DNA of 64,000 bases from Candidatus Minusculum obligatum (GCA_002331145.1 DCYT01000001.1:287697-351696), one strand, 5' to 3'. Shown: positions 8,444 through 18,475, counted from the stretch's first letter. Notes: generated by a model from the letters alone, not told the origin. Translations and numbers: made by a program.

Positions 8444-10364
8444 ATTTCTCTTCTGTATCTGCGTGCTCTATGTCTAATTTCTTTTTGGGTGTAATACCGT
8501 TTGCAATAAGAAGCTCTTCAAACTCAGCTCGCTCAAGCGTTTCAACTTCAATAAGTTTCTTCGCAATTACATCGAGCGCATCCTTGTGCTTTGTAAGGAT
8601 TTTCTTTGCCTCCTTCTTTGCGCCAGTAATAATTTTTGTAACTTCCCCATCAATAAGAGCAGATACTTCCTCTGAATATCCCTTTTCACTCATTCCTCCA
8701 CCAAATAGTGGCTTCCCTCCATCACTCTCAAGTGCAATAGGCCCAACCTTAGAACTCATTCCCCACTTCGTAACCATATTGCGAGCAAGGTTTGTAAGAA
8801 CCTGAAGGTCATTTGATGGTCCAGTTGTTAGATCTCCAAATATCATTTCCTCTGCAACATATCCTCCAAGCGTTACCGCAATATCATCATGGAACTCTTT
8901 CTTTGAGTGCATTCGCTTATCTTCTAAAGGAAGATTTAGCGTATATCCTGCAGCTCGTCCTCGAGAGATAATTGAAATCTTGTGTACGGGATCAGCGTAT
9001 GGAAGCACTGATGCAACAAGTGCATGCCCTGCCTCATGATATGCAGTTATCTCCTTCTCTTTTGCAGAAAGAATGTGGCTCTTTCGTTCAGGTCCAAGCA
9101 TTACCTTCTCAATAGATCGAATAAGGTCATACTGCGTAATAGTTTTTCGATTCTCACGCGCAGCTAAGATAGCTCCCTCATTCATAAGAGACTGGAGTTC
9201 AGCTCCAGAGAACCCGGGAGTTCGCTCTGCAATAACTGCAAGATCTACATCATCGTGGAAAGGTTTCTTTACCGCGTGGATCTTAAGAATATCTTCTCGA
9301 TCTTTTCGATCAGGCACATCAATAGTTACCCTTCGATCAAATCGTCCAGGACGAAGGAGTGCCGGATCAAGTACATCTGGTCGGTTAGTTGCAGCCATTA
9401 CAATTACTTTATTGTTTGGCTCAAATCCATCCATCTCTACAAGAATCTGATTAAGTGTCTGCTCACGCTCATCATTTCCTCCTCCCATTCCAGCACCACG
9501 AGATCGTCCTACCGCATCAATCTCATCGATAAAGATAATTGCTGGTGCCATTTGCTTTGCCATCTTGAAGAGATCTCGAACGCGAGACGCTCCAACTCCT
9601 ACAAACATCTCAACAAACTCAGATCCTGAGATTGTGAAAAATGGCACACCCGCCTCACCTGCCACAGCACGTGCAAGAAGTGTCTTTCCAGTACCTGGTG
9701 CTCCCATTAGAAGAATTCCTTTTGGAATACGAGCTCCAATATCCAAGAACTTCTTTGGACTCTTAAGGAAATCTACAACTTCAACCAACTCTTCTTTTGC
9801 CTCCTTTGCTCCTGCAACATCTTTAAAGGTTACGCGTTGGTTTTTGTCAGCTGGATCGATAATACGAGCTTTGCTTTGTCCAAAGTTAAGTGCTTGTACT
9901 CCCGCTCCCTTTATCTGCCTTGTGAGGAAGTAGAAAAGAACGATGAGGAATATAAGAGGAATAAGGAATGGCCCAAGTGTAAGAAGCCAGAACCCAAGTC
10001 CACTTTGATTTTTAATTTCAATAGTCACCCCAGACAATTGATCATTGCTTACGCCATAGTTAGCAAGCGTTTCTGTTATTGCAGTATTTACTTCTTTTTT
10101 AGATTTCTTTTCACTCTCATCAAGGTATGCAATTTCAAGTGTGTCTCCTGATACAACAATAGACTCAACAAATCCTGCCTGTACATCTTGTGCCACTTGT
10201 GAGAGTGCGATTTCTTCCTTTTCTTTTCCATCTCCCACAAAGACGGTAAATAGTGCCATCAGGAAGAAAATAGCGGCGATTCCTGTTAAAAGATTAGAAC
10301 TAAATGAAGGTATTTTGGGTGTCTTTTTACTACGTTTTACTTGCTTTTTCTGGGGCTTGCTCAT
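8442..10364 (-). CDS. ftsH: ATP-dependent zinc metalloprotease FtsH
   Basis: Two N-terminal TM helices, AAA+ GAPGTGKT Walker A, HEAGHA zinc-binding motif. Confidence 0.95.
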   Translation of the reverse strand: MSKPQKKQVKRSKKTPKIPSFSSNLLTGIAAIFFLMALFTVFVGDGKEKEEIALSQVAQDVQAGFVESIVVSGDTLEIAYLDESEKKSKKEVNTAITETLANYGVSNDQLSGVTIEIKNQSGLGFWLLTLGPFLIPLIFLIVLFYFLTRQIKGAGVQALNFGQSKARIIDPADKNQRVTFKDVAGAKEAKEELVEVVDFLKSPKKFLDIGARIPKGILLMGAPGTGKTLLARAVAGEAGVPFFTISGSEFVEMFVGVGASRVRDLFKMAKQMAPAIIFIDEIDAVGRSRGAGMGGGNDEREQTLNQILVEMDGFEPNNKVIVMAATNRPDVLDPALLRPGRFDRRVTIDVPDRKDREDILKIHAVKKPFHDDVDLAVIAERTPGFSGAELQSLMNEGAILAARENRKTITQYDLIRSIEKVMLGPERKSHILSAKEKEITAYHEAGHALVASVLPYADPVHKISIISRGRAAGYTLNLPLEDKRMHSKKEFHDDIAVTLGGYVAEEMIFGDLTTGPSNDLQVLTNLARNMVTKWGMSSKVGPIALESDGGKPLFGGGMSEKGYSEEVSALIDGEVTKIITGAKKEAKKILTKHKDALDVIAKKLIEVETLERAEFEELLIANGITPKKKLDIEHADTEEK

Positions 10365-10399
10365 AGGGTGCTATTATACACAACGACAGATATCTTCCT

Positions 10400-10846
10400 A
10401 TGGGAATACTAGTTTCAAACAAAAAAGCACACTTTGATTTCGAGATTTTAGAAGAAATTGAGGCAGGAGCAGAGCTTCTCGGAACCGAAGTGAAATCGCT
10501 AAAGAATAACCAAGGGTCACTTGTTGGTGCTCGTGTGGTTGTTCGCGGTAGCGAAGCACACCTTGTGGGAGCAACCATTCCTCCATTTCAAGCAAATAAT
10601 GTTCCTGAAGAGTATGACCCGGAGCGTCCAAGAAGACTTCTTTTATCTAAAAAACAGATCGACCAGGTACAGCAAGCAGAAGAAAGTGATGGCTTGACCA
10701 CTATTCCACTTTCATGGTATAATAAAGGAAGGTTGGTAAAGCTTTCTATTGGAATCGCGAGAGGAAAAAAGAAAGCAGATAAGCGAGAAAAAATTAAGGC
10801 TCGTGATATCGGAAGAGATATTGCCAGAGCCTTTAAGATTCGCTAA
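10400..10846 (+). CDS. smpB: SsrA-binding protein SmpB
   Basis: KKAHFDFEILEEIEAGAELLGTEVKSLK N-terminus typical of SmpB; tmRNA gene lies downstream. Confidence 0.9.
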   Translation: MGILVSNKKAHFDFEILEEIEAGAELLGTEVKSLKNNQGSLVGARVVVRGSEAHLVGATIPPFQANNVPEEYDPERPRRLLLSKKQIDQVQQAEESDGLTTIPLSWYNKGRLVKLSIGIARGKKKADKREKIKARDIGRDIARAFKIR

Positions 10847-10953
10847 CCTTAAGTCAGAGCACCTTTACACATTAGATTTTCTGAAGGTACAGAATTGAAG
10901 CCCGTACCCTCCATTTTGGAGTTGTGGTAGTCATATACAAAAGGAATATTTAA

Positions 10954-11145
10954 ATGACAATAAATGCAGAGAAAGTTGAAAACCAATATCGAAATGGCAT
11001 GGGGGTCTCATATTTTGATTTCCTCCTACATACGGATCCTTCGGGGGTGCACCCAAAGCACATCGAAGATCCTGATGCGGACGCATTCGAATTTGAATTC
11101 GAAGAGCCAGACGGCACGCCAATCGATCAAATTTTTCAACATTGA
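10954..11145 (+). CDS. hypothetical small acidic protein (63 aa)
   Basis: ATG with AAAGGA 8 nt upstream; Asp/Glu/Phe-rich C-terminus; no family recognised. Confidence 0.25.
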   Translation: MTINAEKVENQYRNGMGVSYFDFLLHTDPSGVHPKHIEDPDADAFEFEFEEPDGTPIDQIFQH

Positions 11146-11236
11146 TCTTTCTTGGGGAATTGCAACAGTAATTCCCCTACCTTCAGAGAACCTAATGTCA
11201 TTCACGGAAAGCACAGTAGCAGCTAGTGTGTTCCCC

Positions 11237-11626
11237 GGGGATGATCGGCTTCGACATTCTTGTACCTTGATAATGTGCGACATCGTGCACGTTCGTTAAC
11301 ACGTAAAATTGCGAACACCATATACATGCAAACAATTCATTTGCACGTGCGGTAAAGTCACCATTTAGCATGGCTGACTTCGCATTCGCTCGCGTTTAAG
11401 CTAGCGGCTCAGTACAATCCTTTTCTTGTGGGGAGCGTACATGAGGTTATCTCGCAAGATCGGAAAAGATATGTGCTCCATATATTTTCTTAAACCTTAG
11501 AGCTCGACGTGACTGGGTTTTGTCTACTTCTTACCACCACGTTTAAATCCCTGAGGTAGACTATGTGTCGTAGAAGCATCATTGAGAACATTTTTGGACG
11601 CGGGTTCGATTCCCGCCATCTCCACA
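11237..11626 (+). ncRNA. ssrA: tmRNA (SsrA)
   Basis: 5' end GGGGATGATCGGCTTCGAC matches the canonical GGGGCUGAUUCUGGAUUCGAC; 3' end GGACGCGGGTTCGATTCCCGCCATCTCCA gives T-arm plus acceptor pairing with the 5' GGGGATG; adjacent to smpB; terminator follows. Confidence 0.8.
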
Positions 11627-11635
11627 AATAACAAA

Positions 11636-11665
11636 AGACCCTCCAAATGGAGGGTCTTTTGTTAT
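11636..11665 (+). terminator. intrinsic terminator after tmRNA
   Basis: GACCCTCC-aaat-GGAGGGTC then TTTTGTTATTT. Confidence 0.75.
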
Positions 11666-11671
11666 TTAAAG

Positions 11672-12106
11672 CTATTCTCCAGAACTATAGAAGAGTTCTA
11701 TAACATCATTTTCTGCAATAATGTAGGAAGTGTAGTCGCCTACGACTTCTCCATTTACACGCATTTCAATCAGCGCCCCAAAAGCTGTTGCTATGTCCTT
11801 CCCCCAAATATCAAAGAAATTTGTGAGAAGAAGATCTTCTGTGCGTACAGTTTCTCCAAACTCTAGATGAAGTACACCATCTGCAACATCCTCTACATGT
11901 GTATGCATTGGATAGTGCCCTCCTACAAGACCAACGTTTGCAGGAATGTCTTGTTTTATTTCATCTGAGTAGATGGTAAGCGTTGGATGCCAGTGCAAAC
12001 CTTGCTTTGCAACTACATCCTCACCGCCTGATCCAATACCTCCTGCCCACCAGAGTAATCCTCCAAGTGCAATAATTCCTACAATAGTTATTCCTAGATT
12101 TTTCAT
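11672..12106 (-). CDS. hypothetical exported protein (N-terminal TM/signal peptide, His-rich)
   Basis: Start chosen at ATG 12106 (MKNLGITIVGIIALGG...); no family recognised. Confidence 0.5.
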   Translation of the reverse strand: MKNLGITIVGIIALGGLLWWAGGIGSGGEDVVAKQGLHWHPTLTIYSDEIKQDIPANVGLVGGHYPMHTHVEDVADGVLHLEFGETVRTEDLLLTNFFDIWGKDIATAFGALIEMRVNGEVVGDYTSYIIAENDVIELFYSSGE

Positions 12107-12131
12107 ATTACTTTCGTGATTCTTCAATAAG

Positions 12132-12470
12132 CTACTTTTTAAACACCAACGCAAGCGCCATAAACGCTAACCCTACATCTCGAATACCAGAAGGCGTATT
12201 CCCTAGAGACAGTGCAATGAGGAAAAGGTGCAAAGCAACAATAAGTGCACTTATCCGCACAAAGATTCCAAATAGAATAAAAGCACCAAGTATTATCTCT
12301 ACCCCTCCATTTAGAAGCACAATAAGCTCTGGAGTAAATGGAGATATATTTACTACCCACTCAGGAATAAAGTATGTCCACTTAGATGGATCAAGTATTT
12401 GATTTATTCCAAACCAAAACAGAACAATAGAAAGTCCGACACGAAGGACACACTGCATTGTTATTTTCAT
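12132..12470 (-). CDS. DoxX-family membrane protein
   Basis: 112 aa, about four TM helices, WFGINQILDP..FIPEW pattern typical of DoxX. Confidence 0.65.
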   Translation of the reverse strand: MKITMQCVLRVGLSIVLFWFGINQILDPSKWTYFIPEWVVNISPFTPELIVLLNGGVEIILGAFILFGIFVRISALIVALHLFLIALSLGNTPSGIRDVGLAFMALALVFKK

Positions 12471-12889
12471 GACTGCGCCCCCTCAATTACACCAAGTGTT
12501 CCGATAAACTGCCCAACCTTGGGAAGCATCTGTGCTCTATCCTCTCCATGCTGTGCATTGAGTGCCTCTTCAAATTTTGTAGACTCACCACATACAGAGA
12601 TAATTGCTTCCATTCCTCCTGGATGCTTTCCTACCCAATCAGTTATGTCATATACAGACCCTGCGTATGACACCCAACAATCATCCTTTGAGTTATGAAG
12701 AGCTAACTCTTCCTCTGAAATCATTGGTGCAAAACCACCACTATTTTCATTGCTCTCTTCCTCTACTACCACCTCTTCTTCTGTCTCTATAGGGTTGGTA
12801 AATACCTCAAGACTGCTTGATCGCCAGATCAGAAGCATTCCTACTGCCACTACGATAAATACGGCTATAGTTACTGTTGCTTTGTTCAT
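12467..12889 (-). CDS. cytochrome b5-like heme-binding domain protein with N-terminal membrane anchor
   Basis: HNSKDDCWVSYAGSVYDITDWVGKHPGG is the cyt-b5 HPGG heme-binding signature. Confidence 0.7.
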   Translation of the reverse strand: MNKATVTIAVFIVVAVGMLLIWRSSSLEVFTNPIETEEEVVVEEESNENSGGFAPMISEEELALHNSKDDCWVSYAGSVYDITDWVGKHPGGMEAIISVCGESTKFEEALNAQHGEDRAQMLPKVGQFIGTLGVIEGAQS

Positions 12890-12976
12890 ATACAGACAGT
12901 ATACATCCGATTGACAAGCATCAGCAAAATACGTACCTTCATGTTAGATTCACATTCAACATTTTGGAGATATGCC

Positions 12977-13297
12977 ATGGAAATCACACCTGATTTTCTT
13001 ATTAAGCGAAACATACTCTTTGTTGTCAGCGAAAGTCTTGGGATTCAAGTTGGAGAGTATGTTGAGAAAGGTACAGTTATCTCGGTTGATAAAGACCAGG
13101 AAACTGCGACAGTATGCTTCATATACCATGGATACAAGTCCGCAACTGAAGAGGTTCCCTTTTCTCACATTTACTCTGTGGAAGATTTGGAAAACGGCAC
13201 CCATCTTCGCATATGTAGCTTCGTCGGAAATTGTCACGATCTTCGAGACAAAGCACCGTTTGGGACTCACAAAATTCCCGAAATGGCCGAAAACTGA
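12977..13297 (+). CDS. hypothetical protein (106 aa)
   Basis: GGAG RBS then ATG 12977; this frame reads more protein-like than the overlapping 12972 or 12911 frames. Confidence 0.35.
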   Translation: MEITPDFLIKRNILFVVSESLGIQVGEYVEKGTVISVDKDQETATVCFIYHGYKSATEEVPFSHIYSVEDLENGTHLRICSFVGNCHDLRDKAPFGTHKIPEMAEN

Positions 13298-13405
13298 TCC
13301 TTTGGAACCACCAACACCCTGTTGGTGGTTTTCCTTTTATATAGAGCTATATTTCGTTGCTTTTGCACACCTCACATGGTATAGTCCTAGCCACAATCCA
13401 ACGCT

Positions 13406-13984
13406 TTGAAAAACGAACGAATTAGAATCAATGAAGAAATTCGCGCGAAAGAACTCCGCGTAGTCGGCGCCGAAGGCGCCAATTTGGGTGTTATAACCCT
13501 AGAGGAGGCACTTAAAGCAGCACAGGATGCCGGGCTTGATCTTATTGAGATCTCTCCCAAAGCAAAACCTCCTGTTGCCAAGGTGATGGATTATGGTAAA
13601 TTCCAGTACGAGCAGAAGAAGAAGGACAGCGCAATGCGCGCTAAGAGTAAGCCAACAGAGACCAAGAGTGTCCAGGTAAAAATGGGTACTGGCGAGCACG
13701 ACAAAATGCTTAAAGCAAAACGTGCAGCAGAATGGCTCTCTGAAGGACACCGTGTAAAAGTTGAATTGTTCCTCAAAGGACGATACAAGTACATGGATCA
13801 GGCTCTTCTTAAGGGAAAACTTGAAGAATTTCTAAAAGTTACCCCACACGCATTTAAAATCGCTGATCCTGTTCGGAAGGTTCCAAAAGGATTTGCAACC
13901 GTAATCGAGCGAGAAGTTACAAAGAAAAAACATGAAGACAAACAAGTCATTCACAAAGAGACTAAAGACGACCAAGAAGGGTAA
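13406..13984 (+). CDS. infC: translation initiation factor IF-3
   Basis: NERIRINEEIRAKELRVVGAEGANLGV N-terminus typical of IF3; non-ATG (TTG) start, as is common for infC. Confidence 0.85.
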   Translation: MKNERIRINEEIRAKELRVVGAEGANLGVITLEEALKAAQDAGLDLIEISPKAKPPVAKVMDYGKFQYEQKKKDSAMRAKSKPTETKSVQVKMGTGEHDKMLKAKRAAEWLSEGHRVKVELFLKGRYKYMDQALLKGKLEEFLKVTPHAFKIADPVRKVPKGFATVIEREVTKKKHEDKQVIHKETKDDQEG

Positions 13985-14117
13985 GATTATTGCCAGGGCT
14001 AAAGGGCAAGATCACTACAATGCCAAAGAAGGTCGAAAGACAAAGACGACAAAGCGTCAGCCTGTTTCTATTTCTCTTACAAACAAGGCAAAGCGACGGT
14101 TCCTACCTCGCGTATAA
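13932..14117 (+). CDS. rpmI: 50S ribosomal protein L35
   Basis: MKTNKSFTKRLKTTKKGKIIARAKGQDHY basic L35-like; classic infC-rpmI-rplT order; overlaps the infC 3' end by 53 nt out of frame. Confidence 0.7.
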   Translation: MKTNKSFTKRLKTTKKGKIIARAKGQDHYNAKEGRKTKTTKRQPVSISLTNKAKRRFLPRV

Positions 14118-14132
14118 TTTTTAGTATTTACT

Positions 14133-14480
14133 ATGGCACGAGCAACATCAGCAGTAGCACGAAATAAGCACCGAAAGGAAGTCCTTAAGCGAACTAAGGG
14201 GTTCATGTGGGGGCGAAAGAACAAGGAAAAGCTAGCGAAGCAGGCGCTATTTAATGCAGGAGAGTATGCTTTCGCACACCGAAAGGATAAGAAGAATGAC
14301 TTTAGAAAGCTTTGGATCGTTCGAATCAATGCAGCACTACGTGCTCTTGGAGGAGGTTCATACAGCCGACTTATCGATACACTCAATAAGAAGAATATCG
14401 AGCTAGACCGAAAAGCTCTTGCAACTCTTGCCAAGGACAAGCCAGAAGTATTTGAAAGAGTAGTAAAAGAGATCTCATAA
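14133..14480 (+). CDS. rplT: 50S ribosomal protein L20
   Basis: MARATSAVARNKHRKEVLKRTKGFMWGRKN typical L20 N-terminus. Confidence 0.9.
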   Translation: MARATSAVARNKHRKEVLKRTKGFMWGRKNKEKLAKQALFNAGEYAFAHRKDKKNDFRKLWIVRINAALRALGGGSYSRLIDTLNKKNIELDRKALATLAKDKPEVFERVVKEIS

Positions 14481-14481
14481 C

Positions 14482-14507
14482 AAAAGCCCCGAGAGGGGCT
14501 TTTTTAT
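14482..14507. terminator. intrinsic terminator after rplT (shared with the convergent minus-strand gene)
   Basis: AAAAGCCCC-gaga-GGGGCTTTTTTATT. Confidence 0.75.
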
Positions 14508-15868
14508 TACTTCAGTGTATACGTCTTCCCTTTCTCTGGAACTATAGCCTTCACATCTAAGAAATCATGCAGTCTTTGAGCTAAGAAGCTTGCAGGCCCC
14601 GGCTCTCCCATAGCAAGGAATGCTGTATCAAGCTTTGTGCTTGTATGAGAGACAAACTCTACAAGATTATCTCTATCAGCGTGCGCTGAGTATCCTGAAA
14701 GCGTTTCAATAGTTGCCTTTACCGGCACTTCTTTATTAAAGATACGAACTTTCTTCCCTCCATCTTGCAGTACTCGCCCCATACTTCCTGCGGCTTGGTA
14801 CCCCACTATCATAAGCGTGCTTTTTGGATCATCTAAATACTGCATCTCATGATGCTGAATACGTCCTCCGTGGCTCATACCAGCTCCAGCGATAATAATC
14901 TTTGGAGTTTCTGCATGCAAGATTGCTTTTGATGCATCACGAGACTCTGTCTTCTCAAGGAAATCGAAATCAAAAATGTCTCCTTCTTTTTTAATCTCTC
15001 CCTGAAGATCTTGTTTTAGATACTTACTATATTTTTTATAAATCTCCGTAACCTTAATCGCCAGTGGTGAATCAAGAAATACTGGAATCTTTGGAATCTC
15101 TCCTGCTTCCATCATATTTGAAAGGTTATAAAGGAGTATCTGTGTACGCTCCATAGAGAATGCAGGAATCATGAGAGTCCCGCCACGCTCAATTGAGCGA
15201 AGAATAATATCTCGAAGCTTCTCTTCTCTGTGCTCTATATCTTCATGCAAACGGTCCCCATACACGCTCTCCATAATGAGGTAGTCAGCATCTGCAATAA
15301 CTTCAGTATTAGGAAGTAGTGGTGATGGAGAGTTCCCTAAGTCTCCTGTAAATACATATGACTTATCTGTTTGCTTGTGTGTAATGCGGACAATGGCAGA
15401 TCCTAGAATGTGCCCTGCATCAAAGAACTCACAAACGAAATCCCCTATCTCAAACTTCTTGTGATACTCATGTGTCTCTACTTTCTGCAGCAACCCATCT
15501 ACATGGCCTTTACTGTACATTGGAGGAATATTCTTTCTCTCTGCTTCTCTCTTTAGAATCCCTTCAGAGTCTGCAAGCATTACAGTCAAAAGATCTTCTG
15601 TTGGCGGCGTACAGTACACACCTCCATTAAACCCGTCTTTGATAAGCTTTGGGGCTCTACCAATATGATCTAGGTGGGCATGCGTAAAGATAAGGGCATG
15701 AATGTCTTTGGGATCATATTCAAAATCATCAAAGTTACACTTATCACAAAAATCTTTTCCTTGCGTTAGTCCACAATCAACAAGAATGTTTGTAGTCCCA
15801 TCTGAGAGAAGGAAATTAGCTCCTGTTACCGTCCCTGCTCCTCCGTAAAATCCAACTGTTATTTCCAT
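14507..15868 (-). CDS. beta-CASP family RNA-metabolising metallo-beta-lactamase (RNase J-like)
   Basis: HAHLDHIG MBL motif near the N-terminus, 453 aa, beta-CASP-like C-terminal region. Confidence 0.75.
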   Translation of the reverse strand: MEITVGFYGGAGTVTGANFLLSDGTTNILVDCGLTQGKDFCDKCNFDDFEYDPKDIHALIFTHAHLDHIGRAPKLIKDGFNGGVYCTPPTEDLLTVMLADSEGILKREAERKNIPPMYSKGHVDGLLQKVETHEYHKKFEIGDFVCEFFDAGHILGSAIVRITHKQTDKSYVFTGDLGNSPSPLLPNTEVIADADYLIMESVYGDRLHEDIEHREEKLRDIILRSIERGGTLMIPAFSMERTQILLYNLSNMMEAGEIPKIPVFLDSPLAIKVTEIYKKYSKYLKQDLQGEIKKEGDIFDFDFLEKTESRDASKAILHAETPKIIIAGAGMSHGGRIQHHEMQYLDDPKSTLMIVGYQAAGSMGRVLQDGGKKVRIFNKEVPVKATIETLSGYSAHADRDNLVEFVSHTSTKLDTAFLAMGEPGPASFLAQRLHDFLDVKAIVPEKGKTYTLK

Positions 15869-16215
15869 AGCTTTACTCCACTATATACCACTAATACTCC
15901 CAATGTATCCATTATTAGATCAATGCTGGTATCAACAAGATCCCACGCACCATCATAGAGCCCAAATACATACTCAAATACCTCCCACCCTATTCCAATA
16001 GCAAGGAGTGAGAGAAGGAGCGTTATCTTTTTCGGAGTGTTTAAAACATCAGAGATAATAAGCCCAATACCTCCAACCAATACTCCACCCAGGAAGTGCA
16101 TCAAAATATCAAACCACCACCATTTCCAATAAAGATACTCCGCAAGTGCAATGTCTTGAAGAAGTGCTATTACCCCAGCAAGAACAAGCGTAGATATAAG
16201 TAAGCGAAGTCGCAT
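15859..16215 (-). CDS. hypothetical membrane protein
   Basis: Multi-TM ORF; start placed at the first ATG (16215, MRLRLL); the ORF-track start at 16233 is a GTG. Confidence 0.45.
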   Translation of the reverse strand: MRLRLLISTLVLAGVIALLQDIALAEYLYWKWWWFDILMHFLGGVLVGGIGLIISDVLNTPKKITLLLSLLAIGIGWEVFEYVFGLYDGAWDLVDTSIDLIMDTLGVLVVYSGVKLWK

Positions 16216-16244
16216 ATGAAGAAACTCTACCACGAAAAAATCCG

Positions 16245-16270
16245 CCAGGTGGCGGATACTTTCGATAGGG
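16245..16270 (-). terminator. intrinsic terminator about 170 nt downstream of the ndk stop
   Basis: CCGCCAGGTGGCGG perfect hairpin followed on the minus strand by ATTTTTT. Confidence 0.6.
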
Positions 16271-16433
16271 TTATTCAGTTAAGCAACTCTGTAAGTTACG
16301 TGGGTGCCCTCAGTCATATCTACGATCGATATAACGATTCGAGCTTCCCTAGTGTTGCTCAGTTGCAATTTCGAACAACCCTACTAACAGTATACCACCA
16401 GAGAAATTACAGTGGTCTACTCCATCCTGTGTA

Positions 16434-17024
16434 TTACGACTCGTCTACTCCAAACCGGTTGTAGTTGAAGATTTCTTTGTCTCCAAACCAGTACTTGATC
16501 TCATGCTCTGCCTCCTCTGGGGTTTCAGATGCATGTACAAGATTCATAACTGCTCGCTTCTCAGCGTTAGCGAGTGCTGGTGAGTCATTTGAGAAGTCTC
16601 CTCGGATTGTTCCCATGTCAGCAGCGTATGGAAGTGTAGGTCCACAAATCTTTCGAACCATATCAATAGCGTGTACACCTTGCACTACCATTCGCACAAG
16701 AGGAGCTGAGACCATGTAGTCTACCACCCACTTTCGAACCTCAGGTCCAATCTTAGCTGGATCATCTGTTCCATAATCTACAACTGGATCAAGATCATAC
16801 TTTGCATATGTCTTTAGAGTCTTCTCTCCAAGACCTGTGATCCACTTCTCATCCTTTGGATAATGCTCATTGATCTGCTCCTTTGTTGGCTGGAACATCT
16901 CAATAGCAACGATCTTAAGATCTCGCTGCTCAAATCGCTTAATAATCTCTCCAATAAGTCCCTTGCGTACACCGTCTGGCTTTACCATTACGTACGTCTT
17001 TTCTTCCTTAAAGTTCTTTTGCAT
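16434..17024 (-). CDS. ndk: nucleoside diphosphate kinase (long form, 196 aa)
   Basis: KTYVMVKPDGVRKGLIGEIIKRFEQRDLKIV NDK signature; extended version. Confidence 0.85.
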   Translation of the reverse strand: MQKNFKEEKTYVMVKPDGVRKGLIGEIIKRFEQRDLKIVAIEMFQPTKEQINEHYPKDEKWITGLGEKTLKTYAKYDLDPVVDYGTDDPAKIGPEVRKWVVDYMVSAPLVRMVVQGVHAIDMVRKICGPTLPYAADMGTIRGDFSNDSPALANAEKRAVMNLVHASETPEEAEHEIKYWFGDKEIFNYNRFGVDES

Positions 17025-17141
17025 ATGTGAGCAGTATACGGATTTTTTGGGTAAGTGAAAGGCCCTGTCAAAAGACAGGACCTTGTGACCACGCAGGCGT
17101 CCTCCTCTATTTATTGATCCTATAAAGATAGTAGCAAGAAC

Positions 17142-17936
17142 CTACTCATTGTCACGCCTTGTAACAACAATTGGATCTCCATCGGTAATTACAATGGTGT
17201 GCTCAAAGTGTGCACTCTTCTTTCCATCCGCAGTAGTTACCGTAAAGCCATCTTCATGAAAATCTACATCTCCAGTCCCGGCATTTAACATCGGCTCAAG
17301 CGCTATAACCATTCCGGCTTTAAGTTCTACACCTTCTCCCGGATTTCCAAAGTTTGGAATATTTGGCTCCTCATGAACTGCATACCCCACACCATGACCT
17401 GCCAAATCTTTTACAAGTCCATATCCTCTCTCTTTTACAAATTCCTCTACAGCGTATCCAATATCACCTGTAGTGTTTCCGGCGCGAGCTGCCTTAATCG
17501 CCTTATACAGAGCCTCCTTAGTGCTCTGAACGAGTGCTCTGGTCTCTTTATCTCCCTCTCCTACGATAAGCGTAAGGGCTGAATCAGTATACATTCCGTT
17601 ATATATAAATCCTGCATCAATACCAACTGTATCTCCCTCCTGAAGGATAATGGGCTCTACATTTGGAATACCATGCACTACCACGTCATTAACTGACACA
17701 CACAAACTTGCAGGGTATTTGTTATCTGCCCAGTCTGGCTTGTACCCTAGAAATGCTGCTTTCCCTCCAAGCTCTTCAATCTTCTGCTCTGCCAGATCAT
17801 TTAATGTGTCAGTTGAGACACCAGGTTTTATGTGCTCTGCAACATATGATAAAACCTCAGCCAAATACTTACCTGAAATCTTGAGGTTCTCAATATCCTC
17901 TGGCGTCTTAATACTTATCATTGAATTTTCTTCCAT
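17142..17936 (-). CDS. map: methionine aminopeptidase type I
   Basis: MetAP pita-bread fold motifs (AGHGVGYAVHEEP, metal-binding D/H/E positions). Confidence 0.9.
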   Translation of the reverse strand: MEENSMISIKTPEDIENLKISGKYLAEVLSYVAEHIKPGVSTDTLNDLAEQKIEELGGKAAFLGYKPDWADNKYPASLCVSVNDVVVHGIPNVEPIILQEGDTVGIDAGFIYNGMYTDSALTLIVGEGDKETRALVQSTKEALYKAIKAARAGNTTGDIGYAVEEFVKERGYGLVKDLAGHGVGYAVHEEPNIPNFGNPGEGVELKAGMVIALEPMLNAGTGDVDFHEDGFTVTTADGKKSAHFEHTIVITDGDPIVVTRRDNE

Positions 17937-18475
17937 ATCTCTTCTGCAATTTCTTCTATTGTCTGTGTTCCATCAATATCAAGAACAGTAGTGTTCTCAC
18001 AGAAGTACTTAATAGCTTCTGCTGTATGCTCCTCGTACTCGGTCAAACGTCTCTCTACTGACTCATCATCCCCTCTCTGCTCTGTTTGTTTCCTAGCATC
18101 AATGCGTTCCCTCACCACCTCATCTGGAATAGTAAGATTGATAACGGTAAATGGTCTCCCAATCCACTCAAATGTCTTTGTAATAGTTCGTGCCTCAAGA
18201 GGCTTTCTGGCAAATCCATCAAGCACTATTGGCTCATCCCCCTTAAGGGCAAAAACGATAGAGTGAAAAAGATAGATAGGTACCCAATGAGGCAATAGAA
18301 TCCCCTGATCAATCTCTTCCTTTACCTTCTTTGCAACAGGGGTGTCCTGTGTTGCAAAACTACGTAGCTCAGCTCCTGCACTAATAAACTTTGCATTTAT
18401 TTTTTCAGCCAAGATCTTGGCTTGTGTACCTTTTCCAGCGCCAGGGCGACCGGTAAAAATAAAGGTGTTATCCAT
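17918..18475 (-). CDS. adk: adenylate kinase (short, no zinc lid)
   Basis: FIFTGRPGAGKGTQ P-loop; start at ATG 18475 (MDNTFIF), not the extended ORF. Confidence 0.85.
   Translation of the reverse strand: MDNTFIFTGRPGAGKGTQAKILAEKINAKFISAGAELRSFATQDTPVAKKVKEEIDQGILLPHWVPIYLFHSIVFALKGDEPIVLDGFARKPLEARTITKTFEWIGRPFTVINLTIPDEVVRERIDARKQTEQRGDDESVERRLTEYEEHTAEAIKYFCENTTVLDIDGTQTIEEIAEEIWKKIQ

Noticed and set aside
10964-11866. ORFs 10964..11299 (+), 11026..11283 (-) and 11582..11866 (+)
   Set aside because: They overlap the tmRNA gene (11237..11626) or its terminator. None has an RBS or a recognisable product.
12972-13409. 145-aa ORF in the frame starting at 12972 and the 128-aa ORF from 12911
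   Set aside because: They are overlapping alternative frames of the same locus. The 12977 frame has the RBS spacing and the more protein-like composition. All remain low confidence.
16216-16464. 82-aa plus-strand ORF in the ndk 3' UTR
   Set aside because: It is antisense to the ndk 3' UTR, has no RBS and has an implausible composition. I treated the region as non-coding.
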